The position numbers were made by a program, and so were the translations under genes. Shown here in pieces: positions 1 to 10,999 of a DNA stretch of 64,000 bases. Origin of the DNA: Hemiscyllium ocellatum (lineage: Eukaryota); the NCBI RefSeq assembly GCF_020745735.1, contig NC_083409.1, forward strand, positions 16,230,789 to 16,294,788, given 5' to 3'. The stretch's first letter is position 1. Each line of letters starts with the position of its first letter. The notes under the pieces were generated by a model that was not told the origin of the DNA, searched no databases, and worked only from the letters and a program-made list of their open reading frames with translations.

Positions 1-1276
1 AAGGCTCTCAGTTTTATCAATTGTGACAATGTTTCAACAAAGAAATGAGACCGGACGGACCACAGGCATCGATCTAGACACCGAAAAGACAATGACAGAA
101 ACAGTCCTGTCTACCCTGCTCTGTCCTCCTTACTGACATTTGGGAGTTAGTGCCAAATTCAGGAGAGCTGTCTCACAGACTAGTCAAGCAACAGCCTGAC
201 ACTGTCATACTCACAGAACCATATAGACAATGTCCCAGACACTACCATCACTGTCCCTGCATGTGTCCTGTCCCACCAGAAAGGCAGACCCAGCAGAGCT
301 GATGACACAGTGGTCTACAGCCAGAAGGGAGTTACCCTGGGAAATCTCAAAGCTGGCTCTGGACCTCATGACACCAGGTTAAACATGGGCGAGGAAACCT
401 CCTGGTGATTACAAGATATCTTGCTCCCTCGGCTGATGAATCAGTCTCTCCTGGGTGTTGAACAACATTTGGAGGAAGCACTGAGGGTGATGACAGCAGA
501 GAGTGTACTCTGGGTGGGGGGTTTCAATGTCCACCACTGAGAGTGGCTCGGCAGCAGCATTACTGATCGAGCTGGTTGGTTCCTCATGGGTGTAGCTGAG
601 GGACTGGCTCTGCAGCTGGAACCAAAAGATGGAAAAAGATGCTTGACCCCATCCTCACCAATCTTGTGGCTGTAGATGCATCTGTCCTTGACAGTGTTGG
701 TAAGAGTGACCATCACACAGTCCTTGTGGAAACAAAGTCTGACCTTCACATTGAGAATCCCCTCCATTGTGTTGTGTGGTACTATCACCGTACTAAATAG
801 GACAGACTCCAAACAGATATTGCAACTCAAGGCAAACTCGTAAATGGGGATGATTGCCAAAGATTGCATAATGCTCAGCACTCTTCTCAACTCCTCAGAT
901 ACTGAAGCAGTCCACGTGCAAATGCAACAATATCTGGACAATATCCAGGTTTTGTCTGAGAAGTGACATTTCCCATTGGTGCCATGCAAATGCCAGCCAA
1001 TCACCATCACCAATAAGAGACAAACTTAACATCGCCCCTTGACAATCAATGCTATTACCATCACTGAATCCCCACGATCAACATTCTTGAGGTGCCATTG
1101 ACCAGAAACACAACTGGATTCACCAAAGAAACACAGTGGTTACAAGAGCAAGTTAGAGGCTAGGAATACTGCATCCAGTAATTCAACTCCTGATCCCCCA
1201 AAGCCTGTCAACCAAGTCAGGAGTGTGAGCAAATACTCCCCACTTGCCTGGACAGGTGCAGCTCCAACAACATTCA

Positions 1277-1429
1277 CAGAGTCATACAGCACAGGAACAA
1301 ACCCTTAAGCCAAACTTCTACATGCTGACCAGGTTTTCTGAAGTGAACTCATCTTATTTGCCTGCATTTCACACATATCCCTTGAAACCTTTCCTATCTA
1401 TGTCGATTGTATCCTATGTCTTTCTTATC
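1277..1429 (-). mobile_element. 5'-truncated CR1 3' end nested in the LINE
   Basis: Reverse complement of a CR1-type tail; host sequence resumes across CATTCA (1271-1276) / CACTCA (1430-1435). Confidence 0.7.
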
Positions 1430-1602
1430 CACTCAAAAAGCTTGATACCATCCAGAGCAAAGCAAACTCCTTGATTGGCATCGCATTCTCAAAGCATCCA
1501 AACTCACCGTCACTGACGCTCCATAGCAGCAGTGTGTATTATCGAAAAGATGCACTGCAGAAATTCATCACTGATCTTCAGATAGCACCTTCCAAACCCA
1601 TG

Positions 1603-1798
1603 GACAAAAATAGAAATTGCAGGAAAAGCTCAGCAGGTCTGGCAGCATCTTGGAGAGAAATCAGAATTAACATTTCAGGTTGAGCATGAAATATTAACTC
1701 TGATTTCTCTTCACAGATGCTGCCAGACCTGCTGAGCTTTTCCAGCACTTTCTATTTTTGTCTCAGATTTACAGCATCTGCAGTTCTTTTGGTTTCCC
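1603..1798. mobile_element. Palindromic Penelope-like pLTR insertion
   Basis: ~75-bp inverted arms (about 1604-1679 / 1688-1760); 12-bp TSD TCCAAACCCA(T/C)G at 1591-1602 and 1799-1810. Confidence 0.8.
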
Positions 1799-2350
1799 TC
1801 CAAACCCACGTTCACTTCCATTTAGAACAAGAGCAGCAGATACATGGGAACACTGTGAGCTGCAAGTTCCCCTCGAAAAAGCTTAGCATCCGGACTTGGA
1901 AATACGTCGCTGATCCCTCAGCCTTGCTGGGTTAAAATGCTGGCATTGTGGGTCAACTTACAGCTTGTGGACGATAACAATTCAAGATGGCAGCTTCCCA
2001 CCACCTTCTCCAGGGCAACTAGGGACAGGGTAAAAAATGTTGGCCCAGCCGGTGAAGCCCACTTCCCACAAGTGAATATGCAAAACCAAATGAAGTGTCC
2101 CTCAGGAGGGGAGAGGGAATGTTCAGGATCCTGAACTCCATTTCCCAGCCCAGGCAGTTTGTCTCCCAATGAATGAATGAGATGCCAATTTGAAGCCCAG
2201 GTTCAGGGCAGTCTCACTCTGTGGACATGAGGTCTATAAGAGAGAATTGGAGATTGAGCTGTAAAGGAAAGATTTGCTGGGTTATGGGGAGAGAGAGGGG
2301 AGCAGTGGGATTCACTGGGTCATTCAAAGGCATGATGGGCTGAATGGCCT

Positions 2351-2593
2351 CCTCCTGTGCTGTCAGATTCCAGGGAGTGCAGACAGTTTACAGTTTTCTC
2401 CCATCTCAGTAACAAACACCCAGCTGCTCCAAGCTCTTTCTTTCACTTCCTCTCTTGATGAAGTTTCAACCTTGTGCTCTGACAGTCTTTGCATTTATTT
2501 TTTACACTGGGGCTTTCTGCTGTGGTCAGAATCTCTAATAATAAGTGTTCAATCAGTGACAATCACAGCAGCTAAGAGCAGTCAGGACTGAGG
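2351..2593 (-). promoter_or_regulatory. Candidate B-cell enhancer block, copy A
   Basis: CAGCTG 2421-2426, TTTCACTTCC (EICE reverse) 2441-2450, TGTGGTC 2521-2527, CTAATAATAA 2535-2544; ~95% identical to 22240-22482. Confidence 0.5.
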
Positions 2594-3275
2594 AGCCAGG
2601 CTCACTGGGAAACACATTGGGAAGATCAAAGCCATCCTCTTCAGCTCCTGGTACAAGCTCCATCCCTCTCCCTGAGCACTGTCTGCTGCTCAACCAGACT
2701 CTTTACAACTTTGGCCTCATCTTTGGGGCTGATTTGAGGCCCAAATCCTCCACATCACAATTATCAGCCACTGAAAATCTCAACCATGTTTTTGTGACCA
2801 TTCCAATGATATCCAGGCCCACATCACAGCCACTGACTTCCGTAAACATCAGCTCATCCCAAACTCTGCTGTCTGTTTTCAAACTCACACCAAGTCCACC
2901 CCATACCCCTGCCCAAACCTCCCCACCCCACCATGACCACCACAATCCTCACTGACTGACATAAGCTCCTGGTCCAGCAACACCTCGATTTTTAAATTCT
3001 CATCCTTGTTCTCAATCTGCTCCCTGTTCTTCCACCCTCCCTATCTCTGTGACCTCCTCCAAGCTGCCTCACTCAGTGTGATCAATAATCTTGGATATAT
3101 GGCTCTCTGTTTCTTCATCCAAATCATTGAGAAATATCGTGAAAAGCTGAGGTCCCAGCACAGATCCCTGGGAATACCACTACTCACATCTGTCTCATTG
3201 GAACACACGCACATTATCCTTCCTCTCTGTCTCCTAGACAGACCCATTCCTGACCCAAGGTAAATGCATTTCTCA
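2351..3275 (-). repeat. Inverted segmental duplicate of 21588-22482 (copy A)
   Basis: Reverse complement aligns with 21588-22482 including a shared L2-to-CR1 fragment junction. Confidence 0.9.
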
Positions 3276-3292
3276 AATTCCATCCAATTCCA

Positions 3293-3430
3293 TGATTTGG
3301 AGATGCCGGTGTTGGACTGTTATGTAAATGTTAAAAATCACACAACACCAGGTTCTAATGCAACAGGTTTGTTTGGAAGTATTAGCGTTTGGAGCACTGC
3401 TCCTTCATCAGATGGTTGTGGAGTGTAAGA
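3293..3430 (-). mobile_element. PLE pLTR fragment with decayed hammerhead motif
   Basis: Reverse complement reads CTGATGA-A-GGAGC-AGT-GCTCC-AAACGCTA; same family as 40544-40775. Confidence 0.7.
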
Positions 3431-3859
3431 TCTGAACCAATGCTTCTTTTGTGGAACATACTTAAATGTTTTTTGGAAGTCCCGATAGACAATAGCCATC
3501 GACATTCCCTTATATCCCAAACTAATGAGCTCCTAACAAAGTGTAATCCGGTTATTTAAAGATGTCTGAACCTTTGTCAATCCAGGCTGTCTCTCTCGGA
3601 CCAGTTCATATTTGTCCGTTATTCTGCCTCTAAAAACAGACTCAATCACTTCCTGACAACAGACATTCAATGGAGATGTTCATTGTAATTGAGGCTCGTA
3701 AACAGCTAGCACTGACACGAGGAGCTGAACAGCCTCCTCCTGTGCTGGCATCTTCTCTGTCTCCTTGACGGAAATATTTTACAGATTAAAAACTAAAGAC
3801 CAGCAGCAAATTTTAAAATATAAATTAAAATCTCCTCAAATAATTTCCACATACAGGGC

Positions 3860-4200
3860 CGGGCGATGTGTAGTAATTGCACAATGGGGAAGGTGGTGGA
3901 GCCCATTGTAGCTCAGAGTGACCACATCTACAGCAAGTGTTGGTTGCTCAAGACACTCCAGCTCCGAGTTGATGAGCTGGAATCTGAGCTTCAAACACTG
4001 CGACACATCAGGGAGGGGGAGAGTTACCTGGACACTGTGTTTGGGGAGACAGTCACACCTTGTAGGTTAAATACTTCAAATTATGGCCAGTGGTCAGGGA
4101 CAGGAGGGTGTGACCAAAAGTGAACAGGCCGATGCAGCCTGGATTTAGCCTTACAGGTGCCTCAGCTCCTTGTCCAACAGGAATGAGGTACTTGCTCCCT
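3860..4200 (+). mobile_element. CR1 ORF1 N-terminal fragment
   Basis: ORF 3866-4123 CSNC..SKC..LRVDELESELQTLRHIREGE: Cys motif plus coiled-coil typical of CR1 ORF1. Confidence 0.75.
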
Positions 4201-4899
4201 GTGTCAATGAGGAAAAGGATTGTCGGGAGAATGGGCAAATGTAGTTTGAGGATTTTGGTGATAGTGACCATAACTCTGTAAGTTTCAAAGTCATTATATA
4301 AAAAGATAAAGATAGGGCAGAAATTATAATGTCTAAACTGGGGAAAATGTAGGGATGTGTAGGTTAGGTGCATTAGCCATGGGAGATGCAGATTTACAGG
4401 GATAAGGTAGGGAGACAAGTCTGGGTGGGATGCTCTTCAGAATGTTGGTGTGGACTCATTGGTCTGAATGGCCTGTTTCACACGGTATGGATTCTATAAT
4501 TCGATGACTCCTAAGGGCAGTCATTGCTGGCTTGGCCAGAGATGTCCATTTCCTATGAATGAATGAAGGAAACCACTGCACCATGGTCCAGGAGACCACT
4601 CAGACTGGGGGAGCATAAAGAAAAGAGGGGTCTTGATAATGAGGGGAACTGATAGCATCCTTTGTGAGCAGGATTGAGAGCCCCACTTGGTGTGTTTCCT
4701 GCCTGGTTTCAAGGTAAGGGCATCTCGAGCCGGCTTTTAAGTATAACAGACTTGGGGGGTGTGGAGGGGTGGGGGCGGTTGAGGATCCAGTTGTTGTTGT
4801 CTGTGTTGGGACCAACAACATCAACAAAAATCGGCAAAAGCTCCTATTTGGACAATATCAGGAAAGCTATCAGAAGGATATTGATTAGACAGATGGAGA

Positions 4900-7190
4900 G
4901 AAATAAGAAAGAGGTGAATACAGCATCAGTGCTGAGGAACAGATTCCAGTGAATGGACCAAATACGAGTTCTATATCCGAATGCATGAAGCGTAAGGAAT
5001 AAATACAATAATCTGCAGGCACAAATTCAAATTTAAGATTGTGGTATCGGATCAATTACTGAGCCATAGTTGCAGAATCATTCAGATTGGGAACGATATC
5101 TATCGGGTTAGAAGGTTCACAGGATGGATATAGGGAAATGGCAGAAGAGGTGGAGCAGCTTCATTGATGAGGGAAAAAATGGCTTCAATGGTGAGGGAGG
5201 TCATAATGAGGAGAAAACATTCAGTGGGACTGAGGAGCAGGAAAGGATCGAAAACTGTAATAGATGTTGGATACAGACCCCCCTGACAGCAGCTCTGAGG
5301 TGCTGGATTATATAAATGGAGGAATTAGACAAGTGTGTAGCAAAGCCAGTGTATTATTAATGGGGAAGTTTAACTTTAACTTAGATTGGGAGACAGACAA
5401 GCCCTCTGTCAGAAAGGTAGTGAATTGCTGCTGTGTGTCCAGAATAGTTTCCAACAGCAATAGGTCCTGGATACAACAAGGGGACAAGCAATATTGGAAT
5501 TAGTAATGAATAATGAGCCAGATTTAGTTCGTAACTATTTGTGCATGAATATTTATCAAATAGTGATCATAACATGATCTAGTTCAGTGTCGCATTTGAA
5601 AGTAAAAAGCATGAATCAGCTGCTAGAATTTGAGATTAAGGTAAGGGCCGACTTTAACGAGATGCGACAGAGACAGTCCACAGTAAACTGGGAAAATCAG
5701 CTCATGGGTAAAACAACTGAAGAACAGTGGGGAATACTTAAAGGAACATTCAGCACAAAACAAAGCCAGTTTATACCTGAGAGGGAAAAGCGAACAAACA
5801 ACAATGGTCAATTAAAGAGATAAGGGAAAGAATAAAATGTTTAAAAAAGGCTTACAGAAAAGCCAAAAAAAGGACAGATTCCGCTGAATGGGAAGGATAC
5901 AAAAGGGCCCCATATCAGCTTCTAAGAGCTACCAAAAGGGATTCTGAAAGGAAACATGTAAGGGATAACAAAATCAATAAGGAGAAATGTTACAGTTCCA
6001 TAAAAGGGAAGCTGGGAGGTCAGGAGCAATGTTGGCCATTAAAGACTGAAAGTGACAATGGGGAAATGACAGCCATGTTAAATAAATACTTTACCTCAAG
6101 ATTTGCAGCAGAAAAGGAAGAGGACTTGCCTGAAGTCCCAAAGGAATTAACAGAGGATCTGTGTCAGGGACTGATTAGATTCCCTGCAGTGTGCAAACAT
6201 GCCTTTTGGCCCAACCAGTCCACACCGACCCTCCGAAGAGTAACCCACCCAGACCCATTTTCCCTCTGACTAATGCACCTAACGCTATGGGCAATTTAGT
6301 ATGGCCAATTCACCTGACCTGCACATCTTTGGATAGTAGAAGGAAACCCATGCAGACAATGTGCAAACTCCACACAGGCAGTTGCCCGAGGCTGGAATTG
6401 AACCTGGGACTCTGGTGCTGTGAGGCAGCAGTGCTAACCATTGTGTCACCTAAATAAAGTTAATGTCAATAGAACATGTGTAATAAGGAAAATAATGGAA
6501 CTAAAGAGTGACAAATCCTCAGGACCTGAGAGTGATAAAGTAGTCATAGACCACATTGCAGATACCCTGACTATAATCTTTCAGAGTTACCTGGATTCAG
6601 GAGTCGTACTTCTGAATTGGAAAATTGCAAATTTCATTTCACATTTAACAAGAATGTTAGAGAAAAACCAGGGAATTACAGGTCACGAAGCCAACGTTTG
6701 TGGTGTGGAAATTGTTGCTGTCTATAATCAAGGATGGGGGTAACTGAAGACCTTGAAAATGGTCAGTTAATCGGGGAGAATCAACATGGATTCATGACAA
6801 GTTGGTCATGGTGAAAAAAACTCATTGAACATTTTTGAAGAGGAAACAAAATTACTGGACACAGTAATGTCAATGGATGTTGTTTATAGGCACTTCCAGA
6901 AGGCATTTGATAAAATCCCATGTAAGAAACTGTTCAACTCAGTTAGAAATCCACAGAATTGAGGCTAAAATACTGCCATACCGAAATTGGTTGACAGGTG
7001 ACAGAAAATAGGGATCATGGATAAGTGCTGAAATTGGCAGGATGTGACCAGTGGTGTCCAATAGGAATGTGTGCGCACACCTCAATTATTTACATTATTT
7101 ATTAATGCATTGGATAATGGCATAGAAAGTCAGATACTCTAGTTTGCTAATGACACAAAGTTAGACAGCTTTGTAGGTAGTGTTCATAGA
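4900..7190 (+). mobile_element. Highly decayed CR1 ORF2 (APE and RT fragments)
   Basis: Broken-frame motifs (LMGKFNF, DFQKAFDKIP-like, KFANDTKL); continues briefly at 7740-7820. Confidence 0.75.
6173..6450 (-). mobile_element. HE1-type V-SINE
   Basis: tRNA-like head, central V-domain-like sequence and CR1-like tail; same family as 62282-62625. Confidence 0.85.
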
Positions 7191-7249
7191 GTCAGAGAGT
7201 CAGCATTCATCCAGTGCAATCTTTAACAGAGTATAATTTACATAGAACT

Positions 7250-7445
7250 CCTTGACTCCATCTCTCTCACTCATTCTCTCTCCCCACCCCTCTCTAACTC
7301 AGCTGCATAGATCTCACTCTGAGTTCCATTCCTCTTTCTCTGTCCAAGCTCTATCCCCCTCTCTCTTAGTGCTCCATCTCTCTCTCTCTCTCTCTGTGTG
7401 TCTCTCTCTCTCTGTCCCTGTGCTCCATCTCTTGCTCTCTAAGCC
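7250..7445. repeat. CT-rich low-complexity tract with (CT)n
   Basis: Direct reading. Confidence 0.85.
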
Positions 7446-7949
7446 GTATCCCTCCCTCCATTGCAGCTGCTGGGAGTTCTATCTGAGCCAATTCCAGTGA
7501 ATCCCATGGAGAATAATGACGGGATATTTGGAGTGTGAGTTTGATGATGTAAATGTGAACCATTGCAGCAAAGACATTACAGATGGTTTGTACAGACAGC
7601 AAAGCCCAAACCAGAGCATTGTGTCAATCAACACAGACCTAATGAAAGCTTCAATAAAATAATTATAAATGCGATTCTCAGAGATATCATTATTCTAGTT
7701 ACAAATGGCGATTTCTCAGTGAAGATCCATCCTGCTGAATATTAGATACAGCTGGGCTTTGAAGAAATATTGGGCAGATGGAGTGTAATGTGGGGGAGTG
7801 TGACCTTGTTCACTTTCACAATAATCATTCAAATGTGACTGGAGAGTTGTTAAGTCCACAGAGCAAAACTTGCCATTGGGTATAATCCATTAGGTGTGAT
7901 AAATACAGAAACTCGCTTAGTTCTAGTTATCAGTGAGTTCTTGTCAACA

Positions 7950-9920
7950 TCCTTTTAACAAATCAATTTTATACAAGAATGACATACAACAAACCCTCTC
8001 TATACAACCTTCTCAGCTGGGAATAGGGCATCCCATATGCCTTCTTCACCACCCTGTCTAGCTATGCTGATAACTTCCGGGATTGATGGAGTTGTACACC
8101 AAGGTCCTTTTGTTCCTCAGTACTCCCAAGGAACATAAGAACATAAGAACTAGGAGCAGGAGTAGGCCATCTGTCCCTTCAACCCTGCTCTGCCATTCAA
8201 TAAGATCATGGCTGATCTTTTCATGGACTCAGCTCCACATTAGACCATAAGACAAAGGAGTGGAAGTAAGGCCATTTGGCCCATCGAGTCCACTCCGTCA
8301 TTCAATCATGGGTGATGGGCATTGAAGGACAGTTACCCGCACTCTCCCTGTAGCCCTTAATTCTGTCCAAGATTAAGAATTTATCAATCTCTGCCTTGAA
8401 GACATTTAATATTTCAGCCGCCACTGCGCTCTGTGGCAATGAATTCCAAAGGCCCATCACTCTCTAGCTGAAGAAATGTCTCCTCAGTTATGTTTTAAAC
8501 TGACCCCCTCTAACTCTAAGGCTGTGCCCATGGGTTCTAGTACCCCCACCTAATGGAAACAATTTCCCAGCATCCACCCTTTCAAAACCATGCATTATCT
8601 TGTAAGTTTCTATTAGATCTCCCCTTCTAAAGTCGAATGAATACAATCCCAAGATCCTCAGCCATTCATCATATATTAGGATTACCATTCCAGGGCTCAC
8701 CCATGTGAATCTCCACTGGACACGGTCCAGTGTCAATATGTCCTTCCTGAGGTGTGGGGCACAAAAGTGGACTAAATGGGGCCTAACCAGAGCTTTATAA
8801 AGTCTCAGTAGCACATCTCATTTTACATTCCAACCCTCTTGAGATAAACTGGAGAAAGTGAGGACTGCAGATGCTGGAGATCAGAGCTGAAAAATGTGTT
8901 GCTGGAAAAGTGCAACAGGTCAGGCAGCATCCAAGGAGCAGGAGAATTGACGTTTCAGGCATAAGCCCTTTTTCATTCCTGCTGCGCATTTTCAGCAACA
9001 CATTTTTCAGCTCTTGAGATAAATGACAATATTACATTTGCATTCTTAACCACGGATTCAACCTGCAAGTTAACCTTTAGAGAATCCGGGACTAGCATTC
9101 CCAGATCACTTTGTACTTTGGCTTTATGTATGTTCTCACCGTTTAGAAAATTGTCCATGCCTGTAGTCTTTTTTCTGAAGTTCAAGACTTGGCATTTACT
9201 CTCACTGTATCTCTTAATTCCTTTATTGTTCAAAAAATCTACTTAGCTTTAAAACATTTACTGAAGTAGCATCAATTTCTTCATTGAGCAAGGAATTTCA
9301 TAGATTTATGACCCTCTGGGTAAGAGGTTCCTTCTCAATTCAGTCCTAAATCTGCTCCCCCTAATTTTGAGGTTAAACCCTCTTGTTTTAGTTCCACCTG
9401 CCAGTGAGGACATCCTCTCTACTTCTGTCTTATCTATTCTCTTTATAATTTTATTTGTTTCTATAAGATTCCCCTCATTCTTCTAAGTTCCAATGAATAT
9501 ATCCCAGTCTACACAGTCTCCCTTCATAAGCGAAACCCCTCCACCCCAGAATCAGCCTGGTGAACTTTCTCTGCATCCCTCCAGTGCCAGTATTGCCTTT
9601 TTCAAGTAAGGAGACCATTACTGCATGCAGTACTCCAGGTGTGGTCTCACCAGCACCCTGTACAGCTGCAACATAATCTTCCCGCTTTTTGAACTCAATC
9701 CCTTTAGCAATGAAGGACAAAATTCCATTTGCCTTCCTAATTGCTTGTTTTATCTGTAGACCAACCCTCTGTGATTCATGCATAAGGATACTCAAGGTAC
9801 ATGCCTTTCATTGTGTATATCCTTCCCTTATTAGACCTCCCAAGTTGGATCACCTCAGAGGTATGAGGATTAAATTACATCTGCCATTGCTCTGCCCAAT
9901 TTACCAGCTGACCAATATCA
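7950..9920 (-). mobile_element. Stacked CR1 RT/3'-end fragments
   Basis: Minus-strand ORFs 8488-8814 (LYKALVRPHL), 8973-9233, 9475-9795 resemble CR1 RT C-terminus; CR1-type tails. Confidence 0.8.
8849..9010. mobile_element. PLE pLTR with short inverted pLTR piece
   Basis: Perfect 13-bp TSD CTCTTGAGATAAA at 8836-8848 and 9011-9023. Confidence 0.85.
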
Positions 9921-10771
9921 GACTGTAGCCTGAGACCCGGTAATCCAAGATGGCCGCAGAGTCAGACACTTCAGAACGAGTTCATCTGCTCCGTCTGTTT
10001 CCTTTTCTTCTTTCTATCCCACTTCTCTTTTCATTTTCTTTTGTGTTTTTCTTTTGTCCTTCTCCCTAATTTCTTCTCCCGGACTCGGACTCCCAGCCTC
10101 AGTTACCAGTCCTCTGACCCAGTGCAGACCTAATGATGTGGCCTCTTGGCTTGATGTGGCAGTGTCCTGGCCTGGCAAGGAGACCTTCCAGAGCTGAAAA
10201 TGTGTTGCTGGAAAAGCGCAGCAGGTCAGGCAGCATCCAAGGAGCAGGAGAGTCGGCGTTTCCGGCATGAGCCCTTCTTCAGGGATACCTTCCAGCCCAA
10301 CGAGGCAGTCCAACATGATGGCCTCTGTTTGATGTGGTGGCCTCTCAGCCCAGCGTGATGGTCACTCGGCCTAGTGTAGCGATCTCTGAGTGGCCCAGAG
10401 TGGTTCTCTCTCAGCCCACATAGTGGTCCTTTCTGTATATGGTGGTCTCTCCACCCGGGAAGGCCTCAGCGTGGACTTCCGGTCTCGAGATGATGACTTA
10501 AAGAATAATCCCATGGTAGCTAAGTTCTTAAGAAATGCTGTAATGTTTGAACTTTCAGCTTTATTTCTTCATTTTCTACTTAAAACTAAAAAAGATCTGC
10601 AACGTGTAACCTTGAACTTTATTCTTTCTTTCTACCTTGTTCTTACGATTCTGTACTGAGGTCCTTGTACCTAAGATGGCGCCTTGTGAGGTGACGTTAC
10701 ATACTTTTCACTGTACTCCAATACTTTTGCAATCGAGAACACGTGACAATAAACTTAAATAAAAATCAAAT
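9921..10771 (+). mobile_element. Non-coding retroposed element (non-autonomous LINE derivative), family not identified
   Basis: 8-bp TSD CAATATCA (9913-9920, 10772-10779); CAAGATGGCCGC near 5' end; GTGACAATAAA then TCAAA-like tail. Confidence 0.6.
10192..10286 (-). mobile_element. 95-bp PLE pLTR mini-insertion with mutated hammerhead
   Basis: TSD ACCTTCCAG 10183-10191 / 10287-10295; minus strand CTGAAGA-A-GGGC-TCAT-GCCG-GAAACGCC. Confidence 0.85.
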
Positions 10772-10999
10772 CAATATCAATAACACCACCAATTTATGTG
10801 GCCTCTGAAAACTTTCTAATTTTACAATCACAGTCAATTTGTTAATGTACATTACAAACAGCAAGGGTCCCAGCCCCAGTCCCTGTCTTACACCACTGGT
10901 CACAGGCTTCCAATCACAAAGACAACCCTCCACCATCACTCTTTGCCTCATATTTGGATCCAATTTGCCAAAATGCCGTGGATCCCATGGGCTCTTACC

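Larger units (their letters stand above)
125..2080 (+). mobile_element. Degenerate L2/CR1-group LINE (APE endonuclease part fused by internal deletion at ~840 to RT C-terminus and 3' tail), with nested insertions
   Basis: Frame-broken translation gives APE-like VEQHLEEAL..VLWVGGFNVHH and RT-like AVHVQMQQYLDNIQ; the same family recurs at 22640-23160, 49520-49960 (-), 56480-56720 (-), 59180-59480. Confidence 0.8.

Noticed and set aside
984-991. Perfect octamers (also 9036-9043 and 24694-24701)
   Set aside because: Embedded in LINE sequence and far from any V gene
441-1013. 190-aa minus-strand ORF
   Set aside because: Antisense shadow of the LINE at 125-2080; no recognisable domain
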